A DNA stretch of 64,000 bases from Antechinus flavipes (lineage: Eukaryota), in contig NC_067398.1 in assembly GCF_016432865.1 (NCBI RefSeq), positions 621,054,001-621,118,000 on the forward strand, in the 5' to 3' direction. The notes under the pieces were generated by a model. It saw only the letters and a list, made by a program, of their open reading frames with translations, did no database searches and had not been told where the DNA came from. Below, piece by piece: positions 51,891-64,000 of this stretch. Position 1 is the stretch's first letter; each line of letters starts with the position of its first letter. A program made the position numbers and the translations under genes.

Positions 51891-54294
51891 CAACTCTCTA
51901 TCCCTCCTACATGACTCAGGAAGGAAACAGAAAACATTCTCAGAATAGAGAATAATTGTTGAGACTTGTTTCACAAATATTTGCTTAAGTTTAATATTTT
52001 TAAATGCAATTTGCAAATTCCATTTCAGAATTCCACACCTATATTTTCATTTATCAACCTAAGTGTGTAACAAGGAGGGAAAAAAGGCAACGTCTCTACT
52101 TTGAAAAATGATAATATTGTGAAATCAACCACCTAAGACACATTAAAATCCAGAGAGGTATTTTTGGGGAAAGAATCCATTTTAGAATCAAAAGAGATTT
52201 GAACTCAGACTCTTCTTCTATATGCTGATATTTCAATAGCACTTTAAAATGTGCAGTGTTTTAAATACATTATTTCCTATTTCATGCTCAAAACATCAGT
52301 ATAAAGTCAGTTTTGTTATCCCCATTTCACAAATCAGTAAATTCAAATGATGAAGTTGGAGTAGCTATTCTAGTTCAAAATAAACAGATAATAAATTCAC
52401 AATGGCCATTCTCTTTGCTAAAAGGTAGATTTATTTACGAAAAGAGGTTATAGATAAAATGAAGAAGTAAAAAAGGAGCAACGAATATGAAATAAGAGTT
52501 GTGAGAGCAAAAGGGTTACCAAGAAAAGAATTTTTAAGAACCCATTATGCTTAGCTGTGTGACCCTGGCAAGTCACTTGATTCTTTTTTGCCTTAGCAAA
52601 AAAATAAGAATCCATTAAAGCAATATGCCATGGGGCTTAAGCATGCCATTGACTGGCAGGTTAGATGCACAGAGGAGTTTAGTAGACTAACCAGAGTTAG
52701 CCATAGTAAGAAGAAAGATGCCATTAAAGGGAAGGCACTATGAGGAAGGAGAGAGAATAACCTCATAGTGGGCTTGGTCCTAAAAAGAACTTAGCAAAGA
52801 TCTTCATCATAAGTTGATTTTTTTGTAGGGAAAATACAGCAAATTTTTGGTTTTTTGGTTTTCTCAAGGAAACCAAGTAATAAAGATGGGAACTCAGAAG
52901 GAGGGATCAAGGAGCCAGATGGAATGAATCTGACAGAACTGGTCCCAGACATATCTAAAGATACTGTTAATATCTCATAGATAGTCTAAAGATGCACAGA
53001 AGTTGAGGGGTAGATAATGGAGATTGATAAAGAGTTCCATTTTTACAATAGCTCTATACAAACAAATTAGTCTAGAATTGGTTATATATAATAATAGTCA
53101 GATAGGCTTCTTCCTGACAGGGGAAGAGAGTTAAGTCCACATCACAGGTTCATGGAGATTACAAGAAGGTTACCAGATGATTTAATAATTATCCTATAAC
53201 TAGTAAGTGTTGTAAATGGGGTCTAACTCATCTGTCCAGAGTCTAAGCCAGAGCTTTTCCCATCTGCATTATGATCTTTGAAAACTCAAACTAAAATAAC
53301 TCTGATATGTGTTATCTCCCCCAGTTAGAATGTTAGCTCCTTAAGGACAAGACTTCTTTCAATTTTGTATCTTTATTTCCTGAATTTAGCATAGTACTTG
53401 GCACATAGTAAGATAATACTTTTTCTCTTTTTCATTATTATATTTAATAAATGCATTTTTCTTTTTTGCTAAATTTATTCTTACTTATTGTGTATCTTTG
53501 GCGAAATCACACAAAATCAAAGAAGCAGAGAAGTCATTTAATTCCTCTTGCGTCTACCTCAGTTTTTTGTTTCATAAAATGAACTAGTTGGAGTCAATAA
53601 TGTGCAGCTTTAAATTATGATTCTATCAATCAAAAAACCAAACCTTTATTAGGCACCTACTATGTGCTAGGTACTATGCTAATTTCTGAGAATACAAAAG
53701 CAAAGAATTTTAAAATCCCTAATCAAAAAGACCTTACATTCTATGATTCACAATGAACTTTCAATTAACCAGAATTTAGCTATCTAGAATAAGTCCTGAA
53801 TCAAAGAAAAATTAGAGAGTAGAGTATATCATCAGTAGCCATGCTCCAGGCTCCTTTATTTTGCTCTCAGCTAGCTTCAGGTGATCTCTTAAAATGGCAT
53901 TTGATAATGCTTAAGGTATTATTATTGCCAGGGGTAACTTGCATTTTAATAGAAGACTTTAAAATGAAAATACTTTTCAGCCCAAAGAAATTAAACTAAC
54001 AATGGATTTCAGAGCAAGGTGGATGAATGGAGAAAATATTTTTGGCCAGGAGGATTTCCCAGGGCCTTTCAAATCATGCCATGCAGGTAGTCATCTACTT
54101 CATTCACTTGCAAGGCAAGCCCTGATTTGGAATACCAAATTAAATGTAAATTTAGAGCCTTACTCGACTTTGAGAAATCAATTTACATGAAAAGTTTGTA
54201 ATATATTTTAAATATATATGATATAAATTAATTATGTAAATATACATGTATTTATACATAATTTATGTGTGTACATATATGGACAAATCTATAT

Positions 54295-54540
54295 TTTTAT
54301 TGCTCAGTCATTTTTCAGTTGTCTGACCCATTGGAACTCTGGGGTTTTCTTGACAAAGATACTTAAGTGGTTTGCCATTTCCTTCTCAGCTTGTTTTATA
54401 GATAAGGAAAAAAATGAAAGTGAGGTAAAATGACTTGCTTAGAGTCACACAATTAGTAAATGTCTGAGGCCAGATATGAACTCATGAAGATGGATCTTTC
54501 TGACTCCAAGTCTGGTGTCCTATTCACTAGCTGCCCACAT
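54295..54540 (-). mobile_element. MAR1 SINE
   Basis: gctcagtcatttttcagttgtctgac...ggggttttcttgacaaagatact...tggtttgccatttccttctc. Confidence 0.85.
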
Positions 54541-56351
54541 TTATTTGTATATTTATTTATAGATGAGACATCCAGAATTTCAGCTGCATTTAACTCACAT
54601 CTCCCACACCTTCACCTATACTTTTATACATTCTAAATCACCAACCCTTGACAATGACAATTGGTGTTCAGAATGATACTTCAGGACTGGATAGGTCTTA
54701 AAACATCAAAGAAATAGTCAATGAATAATATTCACTATACTCTATTTACTAAGTCAGGAAATTTTTACAACAAAAATTAAAACCAGAAGCATAGGATAGA
54801 CAAGAAAATAAGAAGCCAAGAAAATTATTTAGCTAAAAAAAAAAAAGTGACAGAGCTAAGACACACATCAGATTTTGTGTTCTTTTCTGGCATCATTTCA
54901 TATTATTCCCCTTCACATACTCTCTACTTCAGTCAAACTGACCTCATAGCCCTCCCCATATCCAACATTCTTCCTTCTAGCTCTCTGCCCCTAGTCAAGT
55001 GACATTTTGTTGGGAATGCCCTTGGTGCTTGCTTATCACTACTCTAAGATGTTCCCACTTTCTTCAAAGCGCCACTCCAATGCTTTCTTCTACAAAAGGT
55101 CTTTCTTGGTCTCTCTTATTGCTCGTGCTCTAAGTTTTGAATGTACATGAGCTTATATCTGTACATAATATAAACCCCAATAGAATGTGAACTTTCTGGG
55201 GCTAGGAGATATTTTTTTTTGTCTTTTCATACCAAGTGACTAATACCCTCATTCAAAATAGAAGATACTTACTAAATGTGCATTGACATTAAATTAAATG
55301 TCAGGGGATGCCTAAAAAATGTGTTCCAAGGAAGGATGATAAAGGTAGATTGCTTGAATTCAAGAGTTCTGAACTGCAGTGAGAATAAAGTTGATGAAGT
55401 GTCTGGAATAAGTTTTTCCACAAGATGATGAGTCCCCAAGAGACAGAAGGCTACCACACTGACAAGGAAGGGAAGAATTAAATCCAAGTTTGGATTAAAG
55501 CAAGTCAAGTCTTCTATGCTCATCAGCAATGGGATCAGGTCTATGAGCAGCTGCCGTACTCTTAACCTGGATGATATAGGGAAACATTCTTTAAATAATA
55601 ATAATGATGATGATGAAATTGAAGTATTGCCCTATCCAAGATATAGTCATGCAATTCCTTTCAAGATCCATGTAAACATAGTTGTACATAATAGATGCTT
55701 AATAAATGTCTGAACAATTAATGAATCAATGAAATAACAGGATTTGGAGACTTCAGATATCAACTAATCTCTACCTGAAGCACGTGCCAGCCAGTCTTAC
55801 TCAAGTGAGCAAATTATACTAATGTAAGTATAGTCACTTATATGTCTTCTGAAAAACTATTATCAAAGCCAATGGCCTTTCTCAATGTCCATTCCTTTTG
55901 ACCTCTTTACAATCTTAATTGGTTGATTACCTTCTTCTTACTCTTTTTAGATTTGGGGCATATTACTCTCTCCCAGTTCTCTTCCTTTCTATCTGGCTGC
56001 TCTTTCCTATAATCCTCTTTCAGATCATGTTCTCTAATCACAGGTGTCCCTCAGAATTATATTGTGGACCTTCTTTTTCATCTTAGCAACTTCCGTGGAT
56101 TGAATTATTTCTATGCAGTTGTTTCTCAAATGTACCTATCATACTTTATTCTGTCTGCTAATTTCCAACTTCATATCTCCAACTACATATCATACATCTT
56201 GAACTGGATATTCAGTAGACATCTTAAATTCAATTACATCAAAAACCTAGCTCATTAGCTTTCTCTCTAAACTCTCCTCCCTTCCTACTCCTTGCCATCC
56301 CTATTACTGTACTGAACACCACCATTCTCCCAGTCCTCAAGTTTGCAAGCT

Positions 56352-56501
56352 NNNNNNNNNNNNNNNNNNNNNNNNNNNNNNNNNNNNNNNNNNNNNNNNN
56401 NNNNNNNNNNNNNNNNNNNNNNNNNNNNNNNNNNNNNNNNNNNNNNNNNNNNNNNNNNNNNNNNNNNNNNNNNNNNNNNNNNNNNNNNNNNNNNNNNNNN
56501 N
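56352..56501. other. assembly gap (150 N)
   Basis: run of N. Confidence 1.
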
Positions 56502-56684
56502 ATTTATTGCCAAAATCTGTTAATTTTACCTTTACAACATCTCTTGATTATGCTCCTATCTTTCCCTTGATACTGTCAACATTCTAGTGTAGAACCTCAT
56601 CACTTTGCATTTGGTTTATTGTAATAGCTTATTGGTTAGGCTGTCTGCTTCAAGTCTCCTCCCACTCTAATTCATCTTTCATTC

Positions 56685-57265
56685 AATTCAATAAAATTCT
56701 ATAGACATATATTAAACACCTACTATATGCCAGGAACTATGCTGAGTGCTGAAGATACAAAAAGAGGCAAAAGATAATCCTTACCCTCCAAGAATTTATG
56801 CTCTAATGGGAGAGAGAATAAGCAGATATACAGAAAGAAATGTGAGGGTATGGGGGAGTATAAAGCTACAAACAGAAAAAGTAGGAAATAAAAGAAGGAA
56901 AGCACTGGAAGTATAGGAATGGTTTCCTGTAGAAAGTAGGATTTTAGTTGGGATTTACAGGAAGGCAGGGAGGTCAGTATTCAAAGCAGAGAAGAGAAAG
57001 TGTCCCATGCATGGGGAACAATTAGAGAAAATACACACAGCAAAGACATAGAGTGTCTTTTCCTGGAACAGCCAGGAGGCCAACATCACTGGATCAAAAC
57101 GTACTTCTTAAGGAGTAAGATGTAAAAAACTGGGAAGTTAAGAGGGGGATAGATTATAGAGGGTTTTGAGTGCCATTTTTGTATCTCTTCCTCAAGGCAA
57201 TAGGAAACCACTGGAGTTTATTGGGTGGGAAAAGGGGATGAAGAAGAGGTGACAATGTAAGATCA
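56685..57265 (-). mobile_element. L2 3' fragment nested antisense in L2
   Basis: attaaacacctactatatgccaggaactatgctgagtgctgaagatac...aaggcaataggaaaccactggag. Confidence 0.75.
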
Positions 57266-57322
57266 AAATGATTTTTCTGAAGCACTGGTCTGACCATGTC
57301 ATCTCATCCCTCCACTCAAACT

Positions 57323-57738
57323 CGATGGGAACTCAAGCCAATTTGTCCTCTCCCTAAAACCAAAATTCCTTAATCTATTCTGAGACTTCCCCAACTCTCC
57401 CCTGGCTTTGTCCTTATCCTTCAAGCATCTCTCTAACTCCTCCATGATTTTATCCTTCAAGCATCTCCCCACTCTTCCCTGACTTTATCCTTCAAGCATC
57501 TCCCTAACACCTCCTGGATTCTTTCAAAACATCCCTTATCTCCCCACTCTCTCCTGATGTCTCCCTCTTTATTCTGTCTATAAAAATCCCCCCTTCCCAA
57601 AATATGACACAAATAAAATTTGGATGTTGTCTGTGACTTTTACTCATTAATAAAGGTACCTTTTGTCAGGGAAAATGTCTCATTGTGATTTTTGTATCTC
57701 ATCTTTGTTCTCCTGAACCTCATCACATGACCACATCA
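57323..57738 (+). mobile_element. probable solo LTR with internal 35-36 bp tandem repeats
   Basis: Interrupts L2 (aaactc | cagtgactcc); near-inverted ends cgatg / catca; 3 copies of ttatccttcaagcatct...; TATAAAA at 57579; AATAAA at 57612 and 57649. Confidence 0.6.
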
Positions 57739-59279
57739 CAGTGACTCCTTATTATCTCTAAGATCAAAAACAAAATGCTCTATTTGACATTCAAAATCCT
57801 TTATAATCTATATCTCTTCTATATTTTTAATTTTCTTCCACATTACTTCACAACATGTATTCTTTAGTATGCTGGAAGTTCTACAAATAAAATACTCTAT
57901 CTCTTGGCTCTGAGCATTGTCACTGGCTATTCCCAGTACCAAGGTTGCTTTCCAACCTCTACTCTGACTGCTGAACTCCCTGCTTTTCTTTTAAGTCCTG
58001 AAAATTCACTTTCTACAAGAATCCTTTGCCAACTCTTCTTAATCCTATTTCTTCTTCCTTCTACTAGTATTTCCTATTTATCCTGTATATTTCTTTGCAT
58101 ACTGTCTCCCCTTTTAGATTGAAAGCCCCTTGAAGGCAAGAATTGTCTCTTGCCTCTTTTTGAAATCTCAGATTTGGCCCAGTGTCTGGCATATGATAGA
58201 TATTAAATATTGATTGATTGATTAAGTTCTGTCCTCAAGAAATTTCAAGCTTTATGTAACCTTTTTCTCTCCCCCACCCCCATTGCCTGTCTTTCCATAG
58301 ATAAAGGACCATTAGGTAGGAATTTCATTTTAATGGGGCCTTAGAAATAGTTATAAGATTCATTATAATATAATTAGTGAATCTTGTAGCAGAGAGGATT
58401 TCTAGCTGAGGTCTAACTATCCCAAATGTTTCTTTGACTTTAGACCTGCCATATTGTAAATGACAGAGGTTAGTTCTCCCTTATTTCTACAGTAGAGGTG
58501 GTAGTTAGCAAGAAACCGAAATCCAAGTTTTAAATTACTTCAGCAACTAACAAGCAATTATTAAGCACTTATTTTGTGCAAGGTGCTATCCTAAGCTGTG
58601 GGGATTCAAAGAAAAGAAGGTGCCTCTTCTGAAGCACCTTACATTCTATTGGAATGATTACCATAAGGATTGAATGCATAGGTTTCCTTCCCTGCCAGAT
58701 ACTGTACCATTCAAAATCCTTTTTTATTCCTAAAAACTCTATGGCTCTGAGACACTAGTGCTCAAGCATAATTCCTTCCTTCTTTACAATTCTCCTGGGG
58801 AAAAAATTGGCACTACCTCCTGTGCAGTAGGAAGCCAGCCAAACAGAAAATAATTCCAAAGCTTCTGAATTTCATCAATCAATGTGCTTTATAAAACCCA
58901 GGATGCCCCAGCTATGGATTAGGAGATGACCTGCTGGTCATTTGTTCCCTATAAATCAGAGTTTAATTGAGGCAGCCACCCAGAATTAGAACTCAGGAAT
59001 TGCTTCCCCAGAGGAGAACTATGAGAACTGGACTGGAAGCAAAAACTGTGATCTTGGAAGCACTGTCAACCTCAGAGCTCTTGTACCTATCTGAATGTTA
59101 GTAGCAATTGATCATCAGTTGTTGATAAGAGATGATTTCTCTCCTTAGTGATGGCTGGGGAGGGGGGCTGGGCTAGAAGCAGGTCTGTTGTTTTGAGAGG
59201 TACCACTGAGCTAAGATCCTGAGATTGTCTCCATGGGATTCTGATGGGAAATGGCAGGCAAGGTAGTAACAATGATTTT

Positions 59280-59620
59280 TCTTGCCTGGCACATTCTGCC
59301 TCCTGACTCTCCCTCGGTGTCTGCCTTTTCAGCTAGAGTGCTTTCACAACCTGTGTGTGGCAGCTGATTAGCAGCTTAGGTGTAAGTCCTCTTCTCCATA
59401 GGACTTGCTTTTGCAGGAGATTTGCGTAAGGGCTGAGCTGGAAGCAAGATCCGTGCTCTGGGAATGCTAGCGCTCTCTGGTCTTCTGCCTCATTCAAGAG
59501 AGGATGAGCATTTTAGATGCCATCTTTCATTCTGAAATGTTGGTGCTCGACAATAATGTAATTAGCATCTGCCCATCCATCAGTGAGCATTCTGTAAGCT
59601 CCCACAATGTCTGATTGCTG
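59280..59620. promoter_or_regulatory. candidate conserved non-coding or regulatory element
   Basis: Repeat-free and relatively GC-rich, with several retained CpGs, CAGCTG at 59361, TTGCGTAA at 59422 and clustered splice-like signals. Confidence 0.35.
59333..59381 (+). other. candidate 49 nt (likely untranslated) exon
   Basis: Acceptor tctgccttttcag; donor GT|gtaagt. Confidence 0.3.
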
Positions 59621-60297
59621 ATTCTCACCTGTCTGAGTCTGGACCAGACTCCTCAGTTTCCTCATCTGTAAAATGAGGGAATTAAAACTAGGTGGACATT
59701 GAGGTCCATCACATCTCCATACCCATGATTGCGTATGTCCAGTATTATGCTAGGAACTGGCACACCAAAGGCAAAGTATAGCCAAAAAAAAAGAAAAGAA
59801 AAAGAAAAAAATATTATGATTTTTCTTCGAGCTCATGGGCAGAGAGCCTTGAATGGGTTAAGTCATCCCTGGCTCAGTCCCAACAGACATAAAATTCACC
59901 TGTGCTCGCTCTGAAATAAATCAGTGTCCCTTTTTGCTCCTGCCGTTGTCTGGAAATAATGCAAATTCAGGGGGCCTGCAGTGACATTGGGCCTCTCTAG
60001 AAGGATACACATAATAAATTGTCCCCTAATACTATTAAAGAGGCATTCTCATCTTCCCTGTAGATGTGGAGGTTGAACAGGGCTACTTACCAGTCAAACA
60101 GGAGGATGGGGTACTGTGTCACGTCACTCATTTTTTTCATTTAGCCTATTATGACTTATTTGCACATTCTATTGAGGGAGCACTAGGACAGCACAATGTA
60201 CACATATATATACATATGTGCCAGGCTTGTTGCTACAGCTTTTGCCAATAACCAAGATTCCAGCCCCCCTCCCCAACTGTATTTTTTTCCCTTACAG

Positions 60298-60418
60298 CTA
60301 AAGAGAGCAGAAGCACCGATGCTTCCCTGTACATTGCATTCATCATGTGGAAAAAGACAGCTGTTTCAGCAGAGGACAGAACAAATCAGTCTGCCCTGCA
60401 GGAAGCTCCTACCGTTCG
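60298..60418 (+). other. candidate 121 nt spliced exon of an unidentified gene
   Basis: Acceptor atttttttcccttacag; donor TCG|gtaatt; two open frames; 3 CpGs; non-repetitive context. Confidence 0.5.
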
Positions 60419-61704
60419 GTAATTGTTTGCTGGAGGAAGAATCAAGGGTAAAATTTAAAGTAAATGGCCATCTATGTTGATCCAATTCATCAACACTGGC
60501 CAAAGCATGGCAGCAGCTGCTGCTGCCTTCTGAGAAGGATGAAAAGCCAGCAAACCTTGAGCAGATGAAATCATTAGGAGGAATTAAAGCAGTACTTGAA
60601 ATACAAAGTGAGAGGAAGCAAAGGTCTCTCATCATGTCATCTATAGGTAATACAAGTGGCCCATGTCTTAGTTCTTTGGACTCATTCATTTAATCACATC
60701 CAGGAGATTTTCCAGTTAAAGCTTGGGTTCTAGCAGATCTTAGCTAAGTTCAGTTTCTTCTCTAGGTAATGAAAAGAGATTAAGGCATTTCTGGTCTCTT
60801 CCCAATGATAAGCTATATACCAGAGCCTTCATAAAACCCTGATGTGGCTCAATTCAATGAGGAAAACTTTTCCCCTTTTCACTGTTTAGCTCAAAGGAAA
60901 TACATACCAGATCTGGTATTGCAAAATGTAGGTTCTGATCTAGGTCTTCCACCTAACTACCTGTATGACCTTGGAACAGTCATTTAACCTCATAACGATT
61001 CTCCGATTTTTTTATCTGTAAAATGAGGCAGTTGAACTTAATGATCTCTAAATTTTATTCTGGCTCCAAATCCAATACTATGACTTCCTCCACATGATGT
61101 GTATATGTGTATTGTGTATATGCATACATATATGCACATGTATGTTTCTGTGGTTCTATAACTATACATGTGCATTTTATGCACATGTACACACATGTAT
61201 ATGGAGACAGAGACAGAGAGAATTATGACTCCTTTACTCCTCTACACCACATTAAGTGGTAGTCCAATAGTATGATTGAAAGGGGACTTAACCTTGAGTC
61301 AAGAAACATGGATGTAGTCAACTTTTCAATAATTAGCTGAGTTTCATCAAACTTTTCTGAGTCTCAGTTTCCTCAATCTAGGAAGGTAGAATTTAGATAA
61401 TTGATTTTTTAGGTCCCTTCCAGCTTTGCTATTTGGGGATTCTATGATTTAAGGATCACTTTATATAAAAGTAGAAGTAAAAAAGAGACTCCAAAGGATT
61501 CCAAAGAAATGCAGCATCCAGGATATAGGAAACTAAAACATTCTCATTTTTCCCCTCACTAAATAAATATTCATTAACCACTTACTTGGAATGACTTGTC
61601 AAATAGTTCAAAATCAGAAACACAGGACTGTCAATCTGTTAAAATGACATTCAGGAAAATTTATCATCATCTGCTTTGCCATTCTATTCTAAGGACCATA
61701 GAAT

Positions 61705-61990
61705 CTAGGAGTTGGCTGATAAATGTTTAGCAACCAAATTTCTGAAAATACATGTCACACTTTGAAGTTTAATCTATATTATTAACATTTTCTATCACTT
61801 TATATCTTTGTAATAGTGCATTGCACAGTGCATGGCACATAGTAAGTACTATATAACTGCTTATTCATTTCCCTTCCTCCTTTAAGTCTAAATAATGAAT
61901 CAAAGTTTGATTTTTTTAGCACCAATTTCCTGAGGTGTAAATGTTCACACTAAAAATTTACAATTTGTTATGAACTGGATCTAGCAATAT
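61705..61990. mobile_element. MER63-like hAT-Blackjack element with nested L2-type tail (61802-61880)
   Basis: gataaatgtttagcaacc...cacactttgaagtttaatctatattattaacattttctatcacttt | ttaagtcta...tgaggtgtaaatgttcacactaaaaattt. Confidence 0.7.
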
Positions 61991-62964
61991 TTTGATGGGT
62001 CTTTTTCATCTTACTTGGACCTATATGTCTTCTCCATTATAATTAAAATTCCTCAAGAGAAAGGATTGTCTTCACTTTATTATTGGTATTCCCAACACTT
62101 AGTACCACATAGAAATACATTTTTTTCCATTTTATTCATTCATTCTTACTAGGCTTTGGGAATACAGAGATAAAAGACAGTCCTCATCCTCAGAGAACGT
62201 GAAATGTAGTAGAGTAATGAAACATGCACAGGAATAACTATAATACAAAATACGACATGATAAATACATAAGGAGTTACACAAAAAGAATTGTAAGAGTT
62301 CACAGGAGAGATAAGATCTACATGGGAGTAACAGAAAAGGTTTTGTAAAAGAGAAAGATTTTTAAACTGGATTTTAAAATGCTTAATAATCACTATTATA
62401 AATAGTCTGGTCAACACACTTCTCACACATACATTTATACAGAAGGTCTTAAGGAAAACTTAATTCCAAGAAATAATGCAAAAAAAATTCAACATTATCT
62501 TCATTTAAAGAATATTATGAGGAATGACAATACAATATTGGTGCTTATTTTCAAAGTTATCATTTCTTTAGGTAGGCATATAATATTCAACAACTAAAAA
62601 TGGCACACAGTAGGGCATGTCTAGAATTCATGGGGTCATAGAATCACAAAATCTCAGAACTGGAATAGACATCAGAAGCCCTGTACTACAGACAGTCCTG
62701 AATTGGAATCTTGTCTCTTACATACCTTCCAAATAATCACCTAGATACCTTGGAAGATCTCCAGTGGAAGGGAATCCACTACTTCCTGAAAACATCTTCA
62801 ATTTTTATATAGTTTTATTTGTAAAAAAAAAAAAGTCTTTTCTATTTCACAAGTCTAAATTCACCACTTTTAATAATTTAATAGTTCAATAATCCCTTGC
62901 TTCTTGTTCTGTTGTTGTCCTCCAAGCAAAAAAAAATCTAATCCCTATCCCATATTGTTTAGTT

Positions 62965-63185
62965 ATTTCAGTCATATTTGACTCTTCCTGACCTCATTTG
63001 GGGCTTTTCTAGCTAAAATACAAAAATGGTTTGCTATTTCCTTCTATGGCTCATTTTAAAGATGAGGGAAACTAAGGCAAATAGCGTTGTGATTTGTCCA
63101 GACAAAAGTCTGAGGCCTGTTATGAACTCAGGTTTTCCTGACTCCAAGCTTTGTACTCTCTCCACTGAGCCACCTAGCTACAGGA
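62965..63185 (-). mobile_element. MAR1 SINE
   Basis: gttatttcagtcatatttgactctt...atttggggcttttct...ctctccactgagccacctagct. Confidence 0.8.
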
Positions 63186-63479
63186 TTTCAAACACTTTAA
63201 GACTGTTATTTTGTCCTTTTAAGTTTTCTCTTCTCTAAGCTAAACATCCCCGGTTATTTCAGCTCAATCTCATATGAAAATAGCTCGAAGTTCTTTGTCT
63301 TTTACTGAAACACTACCAGATATCTTTTAATTTTACCTTGAAGTAGTGATTACTATGCTTTGACTGCAATCATTCAACCTGCTATGGATCTTCCTGATTG
63401 TATTAGTATTAGGAGATCCAATGACACTGGCTCCTTTGCTGTTCCTCATATAAGATGCTCAATCTACTCATTGTACATT

Positions 63480-63790
63480 TTCCAAGGAAGGCTTTCTTCG
63501 TGCCTAAAATTCTTTTGTTGCTTATCTCCATTTCCTGGCTTTCTTCAAATCTCAGCTAAAACTCACCTTATGTAAGAAGCCTTTCTGATCCCCTTAAGGC
63601 CAGTGCCTCCCACTCTAAGCTTATCCCACATTTTACCTGTATGTATTTTGAGACATAGCTGTTTGCATGTTATATCCCTCATTAGACTATGAGCTCCTTG
63701 ACAACAGGATTGTGCTTTACCTTTCTTTGTATCCCAGGTGCTTAGCATAGAATATACAGATAGTAGGAATTTAATAAATGCTTTCTGACG
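63480..63790 (+). mobile_element. L2 3' tail
   Basis: ttcaaatctcagctaaaactcacctt...ttagactatgagctccttga...gcttagcatag...ttaataaatgctt. Confidence 0.8.
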
Positions 63791-64000
63791 TGACAATTTG
63801 ACTTGTCATCTAGCCCCTTGCTAACTAGTCCCTTAACTTGATTTGCCATCTAGTGAAACTCAAATAGATGTGGAGACCACTAAACTATACATAAGAATCT
63901 ATGTGGCCACAAATTGACTTAGAAAAACCACACTTGTTTTTATAATTCTTTTTATTAATACATTGAAATCTGATTTTAAAAACTGCATTTTAATTTGAAT

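Larger units (their letters stand above)
55860..58210 (+). mobile_element. L2 RT-to-3' end, interrupted by an antisense L2 and an LTR-like insert
   Basis: gccaatggcctttctcaatgtccattccttttgacctc (SNGLFS..LDL-like) through to tail gtgtctggcatatgatag...tattgattgattgatt. Confidence 0.75.

Noticed and set aside
3504-56570. Long ORFs containing X runs (e.g. 9607-10296, 11937-12590, 28646-28903, 56343-56570)
   Set aside because: Artefacts of translating through N gaps
57414-57540. 35-36 bp direct repeats as a CRISPR-like array
   Set aside because: Eukaryotic context, no unique spacers and no cas genes; tandem units inside an LTR-like insert
60509-60527. GGCAGCAGC-T-GCTGCTGCC perfect inverted repeat as a miRNA or structured RNA
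   Set aside because: Only 9 bp arms with a 1 nt loop, produced by abutting CAG/CTG triplets; too short for a pre-miRNA
60366-60689. 107 aa minus-strand ORF in the unique block
   Set aside because: No recognisable protein; splice signals favour a + strand exon; length is within chance range

Overview
AT-rich, CpG-depleted marsupial genomic DNA from a gapped draft assembly (6 N-gaps). The MAR1, WSINE1-type, RTE-related and L1 families point to a dasyurid such as the Tasmanian devil; the species is inferred, not proven. The window looks like intron or intergenic sequence built mostly from decayed repeats: MIR/MAR1/WSINE1 SINEs, L1, L2, L3/CR1 and RTE LINEs, hAT DNA-transposon fossils, a probable solo LTR and a full-length 7SL retrocopy. 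No complete protein-coding gene or recognisable protein is present; nearly all listed ORFs are chance, N-gap artefacts or repeat debris. The best candidate for function is a repeat-poor, CpG-retaining block at about 58.7-60.7 kb with + strand exon-like segments (best 60298-60418), gene unidentified. Structural oddities include a locally templated ~170 bp insertion flanked by 13 bp direct repeats, internally deleted or split L1s, and a possible Ty3/Gypsy integrase ghost. I found no convincing novel biological system. Repeat family names come from recalled consensus similarity, and repeat boundaries are approximate.
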